DNA of 64,000 nucleotides from Octopus vulgaris. Lineage: Eukaryota. A program made the translations under genes and the position numbers. The stretch's first letter is position 1. Each line of letters begins with the position of its first letter. This document shows, in pieces, positions 37,198-52,478 of the stretch. The stretch is taken from contig OX597831.1 of NCBI GenBank assembly GCA_951406725.2, positions 15,190,001 to 15,254,000 on the forward strand, given 5' to 3'. The notes under the pieces are model-generated. The model was not told the DNA's origin and did no database searches. It was given only the letters and a program-made list of their open reading frames with translations.

Positions 37198-37548
37198 TTT
37201 AACATAAGTCTCCCTGCTTCTATGCAGGTATGAGTTTCTATATCTAGGCATGTATCTATGTATATATACACAACGGAATTTTCAGAAGTTACTGCTCATC
37301 AATTTTAAATGTTCTCTCCGAATAGATGGGTCACAATAGATTCTACAAACGTGACGTATAATTTTAACGTAGCTTCCAATTAGAATCGACATAATATATT
37401 GAGGTGTCTCGCTCATTGAATTCCCACGGAAATCACCCTAACCGACTCATAGAGTGTCCGTCTCACCACTTTATTAGACATGATTTCGTTACAAGAAGAA
37501 AAAGGAATGGAAATGGTTCATGATGCTGACGAAAGGGATTGAACTCAC

Positions 37549-37626
37549 AAACACCTGGATACGAAGTAGACTTCTTGAATACTCAGCCAAACCCACGTCG
37601 GTATTTTTATCGGTAAAGATGCACGC
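37549..37626 (-). other. Candidate internal exon
   Basis: Acceptor tatgttctacag and donor TTT|gtgagt. 78 nt. Confidence 0.3.
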
Positions 37627-37736
37627 CTGTAGAACATACCAGCTATGCAGGTAAAAGGAGAGTGTGAGTGTATGCGTTCGCGTGCGCGTGCACACACGTA
37701 CATGCACACATATATACATATTTATATATGCATTAC

Positions 37737-37767
<31 letters not shown>

Positions 37768-37866
37768 CTTCATATATAAAAATATATACATATATATTTA
37801 TATGTACGTACATTTCCGAATCACCAAAACATGTATGTGCATGTATATATCTATATATTTATATCC

Positions 37867-37898
<32 letters not shown>

Positions 37899-38033
37899 TG
37901 TATGTATGTATGTATGTATGTATGTATGTATGTATGTATGCATGTATATATATATATAGAGAGAGAGATATGCATGCATACATACACATATACGTACATA
38001 CATATATACACATACAAGCACACATATACATAC

Positions 38034-38064
<31 letters not shown>

Positions 38065-39217
38065 CTAGCAGCTTAGCCCGGCGTTGTCCGGGTATGTAAG
38101 AGCTCCTAATAGGCAACGACTAATCGCAATCTAGTCCTTTCCCTCTAGGGAACGAAGGCGCATGTGTAGTTTGCAATGTCGTCCCAAATAACTATCAAAC
38201 AGCTATCGATAATTCAACCCAACCAATTCCTACCAGGAAGAAATTACATTCGAGACTTTACCCCCAACACCGCCATTTCTGCTAATAGTTGCTGCAGCCG
38301 CAAGTTATTCGAATACATTTTTTGTTTAAACTTTCCTTTTAACTACCACCCCAGACGTTTTACCTTAAATTTTTGACGTACCCTAAGGGTCCTCGGACGC
38401 TACTTACAAACTCTCGGTTTATTATAAATCGCTTTTGTCATGTGCACCAAAAAACCTTTTCCATTCGTTTGTTCAGTTTGGTCACTTTTGACTTTTTCGT
38501 TGTTGTCACTCACATTGCTGCCCGCTTTTTTGCCGTTTTTGTACATTTTAATAAATTTTGGGATATTTACCACACGTGTTCCGACAGTTAAAAAGGTCGA
38601 GTTGCGTCCCCTAGACAGTCTGTGGTTTGTATTTAATTCACAAATCGGTGTGCTATGTGTGCCACATATGATTTAATCAACCGATTTTTTCCAGTAATAA
38701 AGTATCCTATTGGAATAAAAAAGGCCATATAGCTTCTTGGAGCAGACATGATGCTCGCTGTGAATTTAAAAAACAAATCCTGCCAATTTGTTAAAGATAT
38801 TGTCGAAAATATGTCATCTTGAATTTGAACGCGATTTCCCAAAATGGCATGATTTTATCGATTTTTTCTGATGATAAGGTATTGCATGGAAAACTAACGG
38901 CAGAATTAAGTTTCTTAGGGTAACATTAAGCTTCACCATGAGTTTGGTGAAAATCGATTGCAAGTTGAGAAAACTACAACAGAAAATGTGTTGCATATAA
39001 AGAGCTTAGATTCTCGACCCCATGTCGAATTTATCGATTTTCTTCAGAACTGGGGGAACTTTTCAAAATTTTCGCTGCCTTAGTTTTGAATTATGACAAT
39101 GGGTTATGTGTGTGTCAAGTTTCATGAGAATCGGTTGCAAGCCGTGGTCAGGGTGAGGGTATAAACTGATAGACACACAGACACACAGACAGACAAACTG
39201 CCGTTTATATATATAGA
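38065..39217 (-). mobile_element. Non-autonomous Helitron
   Basis: On the - strand it starts TCTATATATATAAACGG. It ends with hairpin CCCGGacaacgCCGGG about 10 nt before CTAG, followed by T. No TSD. Confidence 0.85.
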
Positions 39218-39842
39218 GAGAGATATATAGTGCGTATATTTATGTATACGTACATACACCCGTACATCCACACATATCCACACATATGTTTACATACACG
39301 TATAAAAATTCACACACACGTACAGAGGTATACAGACTCACGCATATACATATATAAATACACACAGAATGAGAGAGAGAGAGAGGGGGGATGGAGATAG
39401 AGTGAGTGATTTAAGTGACACTGTCAAGAAAAATTATATTTGTTATCATAACTTCTTAAAAACTTTTGTGAAATCTCCACATTATTTCTTTCATGACATG
39501 AAGATAAATTAAGGCTAGAAAATCAAGAAGCAGCAGAAGTATTATTATGTGAGTCACATAATCCTTCATGAACGTATTTATGTTGAAACAGTGATTATTT
39601 TTTCTTCGCGGAATCTCATCGATTTTCTTCCCGTTTTCTTTGAATTCCTCTTATTTTTTATTTACCCAATACTTCAGTGTACTGTCGTTTATTTTAACCC
39701 TGAGAATTTGCTTTTTGGTCTGTGTGTCTTAATCTTTATATTTGTGATTTGTGGTGAAAATATGGTTTTGTCTTTAAAGAATTTACTTAGTAACGAAGAC
39801 ATTCAGGGTTTGATCCTATATCCAGTTAATGCATTTGATTCC

Positions 39843-39883
<41 letters not shown>

Positions 39884-39906
39884 TCAATAAATGGTGGGGT
39901 TGTGTT

Positions 39907-39985
<79 letters not shown>

Positions 39986-40036
39986 ACATACATATATATA
40001 GAGAGAAAGAGATACATGCATACACACACACATACA

Positions 40037-40116
<80 letters not shown>

Positions 40117-41900
40117 AAATTAGAGTGACAAAGGAGTAAACAATGTTATTTTAAGCGTCATGCATTACCTTAGAGTTGTTTCTGTTATAAGTATGCAATG
40201 CTCTCATAATTGAATGTTTGAATATCACCCGATAGCTTCATCGAAAGCATCAAACATTCAGATTTTAGCATATTGCACCTTAGAGCAGAAAACAGCTGTA
40301 AAGTAATGAAGTTTATAACACAATTTCTTTCATTCTGTTGCCATTCTAATTTCTCGTTACCACTCTTTACGTGGCCAATACTTTGTTCTGAAACATACGT
40401 ATATTGAATTCTAGCACCAGGTTGTTAGTACCGCTATGGCTAGGTAACATAAACATACATTCATATAAATATACTCCATAGTACATAGTTTGGGGTTGTA
40501 TTTTGAAAGCAATTACGGATACGAATTCAATAGTCCAGAGCTGTGTGTAGAAACGCTGTAAGGGACGCAACTTTGCTATTTACACAAGATAGGAACATGT
40601 TATTTTTTCGGAGGCACTCCCTCCGCTTATGTTTTTGCATAAGTCCAGTGGCAGGAAGCATTCCAAGAAGTATAGAATACAAGAATATCTTTTATTGTAA
40701 CGACTATAAATATTGTTTAATATCCTTAAAAAGGTAAGGGACTGGTAGAATTTCTTAGGAAAACATGCTTAGTGGCATTTCGTTCTTCTTTACCTCCCGA
40801 ATTCACAATCCGCGGAAGTCAGCTTTGCCGCTTCAGTGTCGCCAAAATAAGTTCCAATAACTATTAATCCCTGGGGTCGATGTAATCAACTTTCCCTCTC
40901 CTCCGAAATGGCGAGCTTTGTGCCAAAAATTGAAACGATACTCTTTAAAACATCTGCCTTTCTTTATTTGGATTCGTTATTAAAACCCATTTTAACCCAT
41001 AGTCCTCGTTTGAGGACAGCTGCATTAGGTTTCTTTACTGCAATAAAGGTTAAATGGACTCAAAATAGCACTTATGTTTATTTAACCACTGTATTTGGTT
41101 TATTTACTGCAGTAAATCTTAAGTGGATGCTTCCGGATGTTTGTTATCCCTATTTATATAACTATCTTCAAACTTTCGACAGGGTTCATCTAGGTTAAAA
41201 TGGGTCAATTATCACTTCTCATATCCCATTTCCTTTACGAGTATATCTTCATCAACATTTTCTTCAGTTGCTATCACCTTTCCTTTTCCTCTTCTTCATC
41301 AACATCAACATCAGTTCATTATTACCGTAACCATCATCCTTCTTCTTCTCCTCCTCTTTCTCATCGCCATCATCCTCTCTACGTCTCCATCTTCCCAGCC
41401 TTCCTCCACCGCCTCTCTTTCAATCTCTTACTCCAGGCCTTCCTCATCATCCTCACCCTTTTCCTTTCAATTTTACTTCTTAATGTTTCTCTTTATATTT
41501 CTCTCATCTACAGATTTTCATCGCCATCGCTAGGTTTCTCTTTAAATCTTTTTCTTTCCTCTTCTTCCATCTTCTTTCATTATCTTTCATCAAGTGCCAT
41601 AATTTATTTTTCATCTTTTTCGTCCCCACTCATTTATGTTAGTTCCTTCTGTTACATCTGTCCGTAATTATTCTTCAATTTTAATTATGCTTTAATGTTT
41701 ACTCAGATAGAAACCTATTCAAATGTGTCTTGGCGGTGAAAACCGTTGATATTACTCTCGAACAGTTCTTAATGTGGTAGCTGCGGCACAAAAATAGTAG
41801 TGAATAATTTCAAAGCAAATGGGACAACCTCAAAAGAGGGAGGGAGAGAGAGAGAGCGAGATAGAGAGAGATAAATAGAGAGAGAGAGAGAGAGAGATTG

Positions 41901-41977
<77 letters not shown>

Positions 41978-42532
41978 AGTTTAAACTCCTGTAAAATTAC
42001 ATCAAAAGAAGTTGATTTTCATTCAGAACGTTGAGAGAGGACGTCACTCAAAACCAGTTTCATCTGAAAGGCAAATGACGCAGAGATAAATATAGATTCT
42101 AGTTACTGCATGCCAGAATCACATACATAGCACTAAATACTCACTAGATCATTAACTCGTTGGAATAGATTTCTTCTACTCACCTTCATCTTCTGTGAAT
42201 TCGAAATTTTTCACGAACGTGAAGTAGGTTGATTTTGTTTTGTTTTACGAAGATCTACACTCGCTATGATACAGTCCTTAACCCCAAGAACGAACCCAGA
42301 AAAAACATAACATAAAAGAAGTAAATGAAAACGTTCTTCAATCAGAGAAGAGATATATTTAGAGAACAAAATTCATAAGAAGTTGCTTTCGCTTGAAATG
42401 GATATACGCTTTGATGGACGTGGAACACGTTCTAAATTATAATGATTGTTATATACGGTGACACGCATCCGCATTTACAGATACAAACACACGCAGCGTA
42501 TACATACATACATACATACATATTTGTATATA

Positions 42533-43822
42533 CGAGGGGCGTTCAATAAGTAATGCCCCTGACCCACTTCCCATAGCAGTAGAGCAACGAAACTTGGCAC
42601 AGGTATTAGTCTTTTTCTACATAGGAACAACCCAGAGGTACGCATTTCTCCCATCGTTTCATGCAGTTCTGGAGACCGTTTTCGTAGAAGACCCCAGCTT
42701 GGTCCTCCAACCACAACGTGACTTCAGAAATCAAGGCTGCATCATCTGGGAAACGCTTTCCTTTCAAAAATAACTTCATGGCTGGGAAGAGGTGAAAATC
42801 AGAGGGTGCAAGGTCAGGAGAGTAGGGGGATGGGGGAAGAGTTCATAGCCACACGCCTGTGCTTCTGATCTGGCGACACGCGAGTTGTGGACCGGAGCGT
42901 TGTCCTGCAGGAGGAGGATGTATTGCTGATCTTGCCCCGCTTCTTGGTTTCGATAGCTTCTCTTAATTTCCTCAAAACTGAAGCATAATAGGCTCCTGTA
43001 ATTGTGGTATCCTTGGCCAGGAAATCTGTCATCACTACTCCGTCCTGGTCCCAGAAGACTGTGAGCATGACCTTGCCAGCGGAGGGCTGCACCCTTGCCT
43101 TCTTTGGAGTAGTGAGTCATGGTGCTTCCACTGCATTGACTGGGCTTTGGTCTCTGGATCATAGTGATGGACCCAGGTCTCATCCTGCGTAATCAGTCTT
43201 TTGAAAAATTTTGACTCATCTTCTTGGCACATCCCTAAATTCTTGCTTCTGGTATTCTTGCGTTCTTGCTTCTGGAAAAGGTGTGAGCAACCTGGAAATC
43301 CATCTGGCAGACACTTTTTGCATATGCAAATGGTCATGAATGATAGTTTCCACAGACCCGGTACTAATCTTAACCTCATGGGCTATTTGGCGAATAGTTA
43401 TGCGTCGATCTTCTAAAATGGCAGCCTCAACTTGACGGACAGATGCCTCATCAATGGCAGAAGGGGTGCGACCAGATCTGGGAGCTGTTTCCACCGAGTT
43501 CCGACCATGTTTGAATTCACGATGCCAGCGTTTTACAAGGTCATATGATGGGGCATCATCACCATAAGTTACTTTCATTTCAATAAAAGTCTCCTGTGGT
43601 GTGCGTCCTTTCAAATACAAAAACCGATCACTGCTCGACACTCAACATGCTCCATTTCCCACTTGACTCAATTCAAACACCTGTAAATCAGAAACCACAA
43701 TTATTTCGGAGCTGTAATTTGCCACTTAATCTATAGAGATATGAATAATTGCACATGCAAAATTTCAGCTAGATCAAACAAAGGCAAGTGGGTCAGAGGC
43801 ATTACTTATTGAACGCCCCTCG
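42533..43822 (-). mobile_element. Full-length mariner DNA transposon with a frameshifted transposase
   Basis: TIRs CGAGGGGCGTTCAATAAGTAATGCC...GGCATTACTTATTGAACGCCCCTCG with TA duplication. Motifs WHREFKHGR..RSGR, WISRLL (WVPRLL-like), ITQDETWVHHY, LLQDNAPVH and FPHPP are spread over three frames. Confidence 0.95.
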
Positions 43823-43913
43823 TATATATATACATATAATTATGTATGTACATATTATATGCACACATACATATATAGATATTCATAAATTTGCATACAT
43901 ATATATATGTATA

Positions 43914-43946
<33 letters not shown>

Positions 43947-43950
43947 GTAT

Positions 43951-44053
<103 letters not shown>

Positions 44054-45302
44054 CATATATATATATGTCAATATGCGTTTGTGTCTATATAACAGTATAT
44101 GGCGATCTTTTTTTTTTCAAGTGATTTCATTTAAATAATTAGTGAAGACATAGCATGAAAATCCATTAAAATTTGTTATTCGTATCTCACGTAGCTGTGG
44201 TGCCTCTTCCATATTTTGATGACGGTTGTCTATTCATTCACACGGAAGTATATCGGGACACATACTATTCAATGACTTATGTTTCCGATGGCAGCCGTTT
44301 AGCAAGTTTTCAATAAAAATGATTGGATCACATCCTAAGTCACTTGACCGAAGAACAGAAATCATGTTTAACGACGCCATATTAACGACAGATAAGATCG
44401 AATTCCGAACTTTTTCAACCGTCATAATAATCTCTCTTTTCATAACTTTTACTTCACGTCAAAGAAATTACTCAGACTTGACAAGACTTGACAAGGCTGA
44501 GAGTTTAACCGTTTCCAATGGATTAATGTATTTATCGATCAATCTAACCTCAAAGGGTGACTTATATTCAATTTGAATTAATGTCTTTATATTCATTTCT
44601 TCTTCAATTCCTCTTTTCTCCGACATAGATTCGTAGTACCTATTAAATGTTAATGTCACCCGCTTTTATGCTTCTTATCAATTCCAGATTCGTCGGTTAT
44701 TCATATCTATGCATCGATGAAAACGCGCATTTCAAATCAAATATATAAGACATTTAAGATTTATATCAAGTGCTTCATCTGGCAAAGGTCCAGACAATTC
44801 ATGTTCATAACTCCCTTAAGAATGTTGAATTTCACAAACCGGGTAGAGCAAAGAGAACTAAATAAATAAGAACTAAAATCATCAAATTTACTTCTTAAGA
44901 ACTTAGAATTTACGTGACACTAAAGAACGGACGGTAGTAATGTGAACAATTCTTAATAAATCAAAATAGGTCGATATATTAAAACTCTCTTATCACACAA
45001 AATCTAATTCTATTTATTTATTTATGAATATATTTATTATATCGCTATTTATTTATTTAGATTTCAAATGCTTTATTGCAAAATACTTAATTCTTTGCAT
45101 TTAACTTTATTGTTTTATTCCGATACAGGTTTCGCTCATTGGACTGTAGCCACGTTGAAGTAATACCCGCCACGATTTGGCGACCACAACGATTCCACTT
45201 GTTATTGTAAGACTGACATCGTCTTATTTGTCTTATCTCATAAAATCTTTATACAATAAGCACATAAACAAATATAGGCTCTAAGACACATGGTCACACG
45301 CG

Positions 45303-45340
<38 letters not shown>

Positions 45341-45366
45341 TAGATAGATGAATAAATACATACCCC

Positions 45367-45406
<40 letters not shown>

Positions 45407-45430
45407 CATACATACATACAAAACAAACAA

Positions 45431-45460
<30 letters not shown>

Positions 45461-45461
<1 letters not shown>

Positions 45462-45630
45462 AGGCGAGAGTTTGCCAAAAACAAAAGAAGAAGACAGGTG
45501 GCGTACAGAACAAACAGATGTATTAGTATAACGCTCAGGAATAGAAAACGTCTTTTACGTTTCGAGCCTACGCTATTCTATAGAAAGGGACACAGAAAAA
45601 AAAAACAAGGAGAGCAAAAAGGGTGTTGTA
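45461..45630 (-). mobile_element. Probable PLE pLTR fragment with an atypical hammerhead-like motif (45551-45587)
   Basis: The - strand reads cttt-CTATAGAA-tagc gtag gctc-GAAA-CG-TA-aaag. The element starts directly at a TA tract. Confidence 0.4.
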
Positions 45631-45833
45631 CTCCTGATCGTGAGATCGTGGTTTCAGTATGTGATCAGTTGGTACGTGGTCCACCTTACACTTGTTTCAA
45701 AAACGTCCATTTTATGGAGGCACGGAGGTACTGTACGACGCATACTTTCGATCACTAGACACAATCTGCTTGTCCTGGTCGTTCGGTAAAATCTGAACAC
45801 TCGTACGTTGTCTTCAACGGAACTCTCCATCGT

Positions 45834-45909
<76 letters not shown>

Positions 45910-46714
45910 TGTGTGTGCGTGCGTGTGTATTCTTTTGTTTGTTGCAGTCATTTGACTCCGGCCATGCTGGAGCACCGCCTTTACTCGAACTTACTCTTTA
46001 TAAGCCTAGTACTTATTCCATCAGGCTCTTTTGCCGAACGGCTATGTTACGAGAACGTAAACACACCAAAATCGGTTATCAAGAGATGGTGGGAGGACAA
46101 GCACTGATACACAAACGCACACCCACTTATATATATATATATATATATAAATATACGATGGGCTTATTTCAGTTTCTGTTTACCAACTCCACTCACAAAG
46201 GTTTGGTGTGTCCGAGGCTATATCAGAAGACACACGCCCAAGGTGCCACGAAGTGGGACTGAACCCAGAACCATGTGGTTGGTAAGCAAGCTACATACCA
46301 CACAGCCAATCCTAATTTTAAAGTACATAATTATAATATAATTATAATTAAGGGTGTTGACATGTCTCAGCCTATATACTGGAGGTACATGTGAAATACT
46401 TACAGTCGTCTCCAGCATGGCCGCAGTCAAATGACTGAAACAAGTAAGAGAGTAAAAGAATTAAAAAACACACATATACACATACATACAAATGGATGCA
46501 TGCGTTCACGTGTGTGTATGCATGGGTATACTATCTCGACGAACCTTACATCTTTACTTTGCTGTACAATTTTCTCATTCATGGGCTTTTCCACCTGGCG
46601 ATTCGGTGATCTGAAGAGACACGCTTTCCAAGGAAGAGTATTAATAGGTGATACCGATAAACACAACAATTCAGGTATTGCTACATATTTCTTCATTCTA
46701 GTAACCACATGTGA

Positions 46715-47050
46715 AGGCGCATGACTCAGTGGTTAGAGCGTCGAGCTTATGATCATGAGGTTGTCAGTTCGATTCTCGGATCGGGCTGTGTGGTGTGTTC
46801 TTGAGCAAGACTCTTTGTTTCACGTTGCTCCAGGTAACGCAGCTGTAGAAATGAGTTGCGACATTACTGGTGCCAAGCTGTATAAGCCTTTACTCTTCCC
46901 TTGGATAACAACAGCGGTGTGGAGAGGGAAGTCTGGTATGCATGGGCGACTGCTGGCCTCCCACCAACAACCTTGCTCGCAATTGTGCCACGGAGAGTAA
47001 CGTTCTAGGTGCAATTCCATGGTCATTCCTGACTGAAGGGTGTCTCCTCA
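46715..47050 (+). mobile_element. tRNA-derived SINE (fourth family)
   Basis: GGCGCATGACTCAGTGGTTAGAGC A box, AGTTCGATTC B box and a gtgttcttgagcaagac central motif. Confidence 0.7.
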
Positions 47051-47267
47051 TGAGTAACAACAAATATGAGTAAAACTGACTTTCAGTTTAGTAATTGAGA
47101 GCAAATTTATTCCTGCATCAATGATGTAATACGATCCGTTAAATATTTTGAGTGTTAAAATTGGTGAGTCTCTATATAAATTGCATGGCTCTGTATTGTT
47201 TTAATAACATTTCATAATGAGTATTTTTCTTAACCATCAATTAATGAAATTATACACGAACGCGCTT

Positions 47268-47326
<59 letters not shown>

Positions 47327-48212
47327 TTATTGATTATGAATATAACATAGAAATTAGTGGCAATCCAAAGTAGTTAAATCACTCTCTGTTTCTTAATTTT
47401 CTATCTTCTACATCTCTCTATTTATCTCTCTCTCCCCCTCTCCCTCTCTCTCTCTCTCTCTCTTACTCATTCTCTTTCTCTATCTGTTCTTCTATCGCCT
47501 CCAGTACCTCGATGCTGTGTATAAACTCATGCAATTAAATTATAATTGAGATCCGCAGATTGTATATTATATTACATTTCTTTCCAACTGCCCATTAATA
47601 TTTATTGTCGAATTTATGGTAAACTATAATAAATTGATGATACTGTAAGCCATATTTGAAACCTGATGATATTTACTGTTTTTTGTTATTCTTGAAGTTC
47701 TTAATGTTTATATTTGGCCGTAACATATTTTCCTCTCCTTTTTTTTTTTTTGGTTTTAATTGCTGGTGCTGCTGATGTTGTTGTGGTTTTTATTGATTTT
47801 AATAGCGCGGTTTCGGCACATGTTAGCCTAAACGAATGGAGCTATGTTCGATTTGTGACCGCTAAGTAAACTAACGTGTTGTTTTGTAAATGTTAAGATG
47901 TATTTTGAGTGTGTCTTTTACATTTGTCAGACGGTATGATTAAGGATATAATTAAGGAAATTGGAGTTGTTTCTAGCAGATCAATGAAAAGAAGAGGAAA
48001 AAATAGCGCCACCATCGTTGAATTGACAAAAAGTTGCCAACATAAGAAAAAAATTCTATGCGCTGATGCTCCCAGTTTTTGGTGTAATGATTTCAAATCC
48101 CACCAAAGTTATCTTTGACTTTCGTCCACCTAGTGTCTAAATAAAATTATATACCCGTCATGTGATGAGCTTAACGTAACTGAATAATCCTTCCCCACAA
48201 ATTTCTAGCCCT

Positions 48213-48557
48213 CTGATGATGATGATGTTGAGCGAAGCGGTCTTCGTCCTCTTGGGAGAAGTCCGAAACGTGGTCCTTTGCTATTCGTAAGACCAGCAGA
48301 AGAGAAAGCAGATCAACCTCCGACACCGAGAGCATCGACGGATGGATGAATGCGCATCCAAGCTCAACGGTTGCGTAGGAAGTCGGGGACAGTAAACAGG
48401 AAGAAAGAGTGAGAGAAATTTGGAGCGAAAGAGTGCAATAGGGATCGCCACCACCCCTTGCCGGTGCCTCGTGGAACTTTAGGTGTTTTCGCTCAATAAA
48501 CACACACTCAATAAACCGCGAGTCCGCTGTCCTAACCATTGGGCCATTGCACTTCCT
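48213..48557 (-). mobile_element. SINE, third family, with a different tail ending in (CAT)n
   Basis: Same head and body as 15904 (gtgtttattgagcgaaaacacctaaag..ccacgagg) but an unrelated 3' half. Confidence 0.8.
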
Positions 48558-49340
48558 TCAAACCCTCTGCCTATAGAAGCAGTTGTTATTGATAGTGACA
48601 TTTTTTTGGCGGTCGTCGTTATTGTTGTTGATATTATCGCTGCTTCTCCAGATGTTTTATTGTTGTTATCGAATTGTTGTAATTGTTATTGTTTTTGTTT
48701 ATCACCAAATCAATTACAATATTGCTGGAAATCAGAATGACCATTTTATTTATAAGTAGTATCAAGGATTACAATTTTCTGGCCTGTTGTTCATTTAGAA
48801 TCTAGTTCGTGAGATATTTATTATTTCTAGTTAGTCTCGCGACTCGTAGTAGAGGAATGGCAGACTCATTGGCATTTTTGGTCTGTCGTCAAACATATAT
48901 TAGAGTTTGGGAGTCAGATGGGGACAGATGTTCCTAAAAAAACATTCATAGTTGAGGCGAAACTAAATGAGAAAGTCGATCAACGAGAAGTAAGAATACG
49001 GAAAGTTAGCCAAGTTAATATTTCAGAATTTCATGCGAAATGGCATCCTCAGAGTACAGAGACAGTTTTATTCAGTTAGATTATTTAGTGTGGAAATGGA
49101 AATAGAAATTATTCTTATTAAGTTAAACAGATCTTGAGAAGACCAGAGCATGGTGGAGAGTTTGCGTTGCTTCAGCCGTAAAAACCATTCCGTATTGTGT
49201 GTATTAGACTCGTTTTCGTGGAATAATACCTGCGTGGAATTTAAAAAAAAAAAGGAAAAACGCGCGTGTCTCGGCCTGTATATACGAGATAGGGAAATAA
49301 GTTTCATGTTTGAACACACACACACACAGACAGACAGACA

Positions 49341-49384
<44 letters not shown>

Positions 49385-50248
49385 TTTGCAAACATAAGGC
49401 TTATAATTTGCAATGATTTCATTAATTGGAGTCGGTTTTTATTCCGACTGCGATCGAACTCCGAATCTACACGCATTACAGTAATATCGATTGCAGAAAT
49501 TATATCGGAATATTTAGAAAAAAATAAATTTCTGTGCTTTAAAACTGAGCCGCATGTTCGAATGAATGTAGCTGCCGGTCGTATTTTGGATTCTCATGAT
49601 GCAGCGACATCGCCAATGTGGGTAGTAATGAAATAGGTACAGACATATAATCCTTTTTACTACAGGCACAAGGAATGGATTTTGCTGGGGGCGGGGCGGT
49701 TGATCACATTGACCCCAGGACTCAAATGCTAATTAATTTATCGACACCGAAAGGATGTGAGTCACAATCGACCTCGGCAGAATTTGAACTCAAAACGTTA
49801 AGAAGAACGAAATACGGTGCAGACTAATAATGAAAGAAAATCCAGACATGACAGTCGCATCGTTTTTTTAAGCACAATGACACACAGACAATACCATCCA
49901 TGGTATCCTTTTCAAAGCTGATTGACAAATGGTTGTTTTTTGCTAGTACGAACTTTGGCATCATTCATCAATCTTGTTGGCACGCCACTCATTGTTGTCA
50001 TTGATAATGGCGGCGGTGGTGGTGGAGTTTTGTTTTAGAATAATCAATACAATAATTAAAGTGTATAACTAATCAGCCCGTTTATATCGTCAGTGGACCA
50101 GGTGATAATTAGTAAATTTGAATAACAAAGAAAGGCCTACACTCTTGAATGGGGTGAAAAGAATTTCATTAAATGTTAATATCATCATGACCACCATCAT
50201 CACCACATTCTTCTTCTTCTTCTTCTTCTTCTTCTTCTTCTTCTTCTT

Positions 50249-50279
<31 letters not shown>

Positions 50280-50406
50280 TTCGTTTTTTCTTTTTTCTGT
50301 TTCTTCTTCTTCTTCTTCTTCTTCTGCTTTTTTTTTTTTTTCTTCTTCTTCTTCTTCTTCTTCTTCTTATTCTTCGTCTTCTTTTTCCCCTCCTCCTCCA
50401 CGGAGC

Positions 50407-50499
<93 letters not shown>

Positions 50500-50705
50500 T
50501 TGAAAGATACGGTGACGGAAAGTGGAAATATTAAATGAGAGAGAAGAATCGGTGAAGATAAATAGAGTACTGACATGGTTATCTAGAATTGGTGGCGAAG
50601 GAGGACAAATACATACACACACATATTTAAATACACATCTACCTATCTAGCTGAATGTCTGTCTGTATGTCTGTCTGTCTGTCTATCTATCTATATGTAT
50701 ATATA

Positions 50706-50794
<89 letters not shown>

Positions 50795-50842
50795 CTATGT
50801 ATCTATCTGTATATCTGCATTCTGTCTGTCTGTCTTCCCGTG

Positions 50843-50877
<35 letters not shown>

Positions 50878-51631
50878 GTATGTTTGTGTCTCTTTCGGCC
50901 CGTCTATTACAAACTTCTACACAGATCCCTTCCACCAAAATTCCCTCAGGAGACGTTGATCAACCTACAGCACCGAGTAAAAGGAATGAATCTGAATCTA
51001 CGTGTTTAGTTACAAAAATATTCTTAACCATACAACCATGCCTGTAGCTGTGAACAAAACACATTAACTGTGATCTTCTGGTTCGTCTTATTCTAATTGT
51101 TTTAGATTAATTGCATTTTGTCCTAGAATGGTGTGGTTTCTCCAATCTGTCTACGTCGAATTTGATCTCAGATTGCAGGATTGAACTAAGATAATCAAGA
51201 ATGCCTACAAACTGTAAACTTATAAAATGTCTTTCCTTTCAAACGTTCATGAGAAAACCAATGTATCAAATTTAATTCATTTTCGTTCAGTGATGCACAG
51301 CAAAAGAGCCTTTGTAGCAGTTGATATTCAACTCTTAAACATGTCTAGAGAAATTATTGACAAGTAATTGGTTTCATGCAGTACTTAGTTATAATGAAAC
51401 GAGCGATTATCAATGCAAGAGAAATAACTTGATTTAACTCGAGGCATCAAAGTTGTCAAAAATTTTACTTTATATTATTATATACAGCAATCAATCCTAG
51501 AATTTAGAAACAATTTATATTGTGCGCGTATGTACTTCTTATGGTCAATATTAACAATCTTCAGCGTCTTCTCCGATGCCAGGTTAAGATGTTAAGTGAT
51601 TGTTAACATCGCAGTTAAAGCCATTCAAGTA

Positions 51632-51673
<42 letters not shown>

Positions 51674-51694
51674 ATATATATATATATATATATC

Positions 51695-51730
<36 letters not shown>

Positions 51731-52058
51731 TTATATATTGAACTTCGTTGTAGCGCGTGTGTCAGGCAATCGGTTAAGAAGATGTCGCATCAGTGATTAA
51801 TTACAAGTCTAGGCAATTTGAGGTGACCGGTTTCAGCATGAGATGAACCATCTGTGATACACCAGGTCCGAAATCAATAATTTAGAAGTAATTTGTAATG
51901 GCTACAATATATAAGTGTAGGTGCCTGTGCGTGTGTGTTTCTGTCGTGTGTATATACATTGACACCACAACCCATTCTCATATGCACACACACACACATG
52001 TGTATATATACGCGACACAAACACAAACGCACACACATATATGCATATATATTTTTGC

Positions 52059-52160
<102 letters not shown>

Positions 52161-52420
52161 GTCTGTCTGTCTGTCTGTCTGTTTATCTAACTATCTGTTT
52201 GTCTACTTACATATGTACCTATGTTAATGTTTTGTTCTAAGTTCAGTTTTGATAGTAATGATTTTTACATTAATCGGATGATGCACTCTATACTTTTGTA
52301 GAGTAAAAAATCATTCTTAGAAAAGAAAGATATTGATAGCTACTGACAATAACTTTCTTGTTAAATCATATGTATATATCTTTATATTTACACACACAGA
52401 CACACAGACGAACACGCACA

Positions 52421-52478
<58 letters not shown>

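Noticed and set aside
47909-48118. + strand ORF after a plausible acceptor (DGMIKDIIKEIG...)
   Set aside because: No recognisable domain, no clear donor and no partner exons.
51820-51868. Hammerhead-like GAAACCGGTC on the - strand
   Set aside because: The core reads CTGGTGT and stem I does not pair. At best a dead remnant, so it is listed only as weak support.
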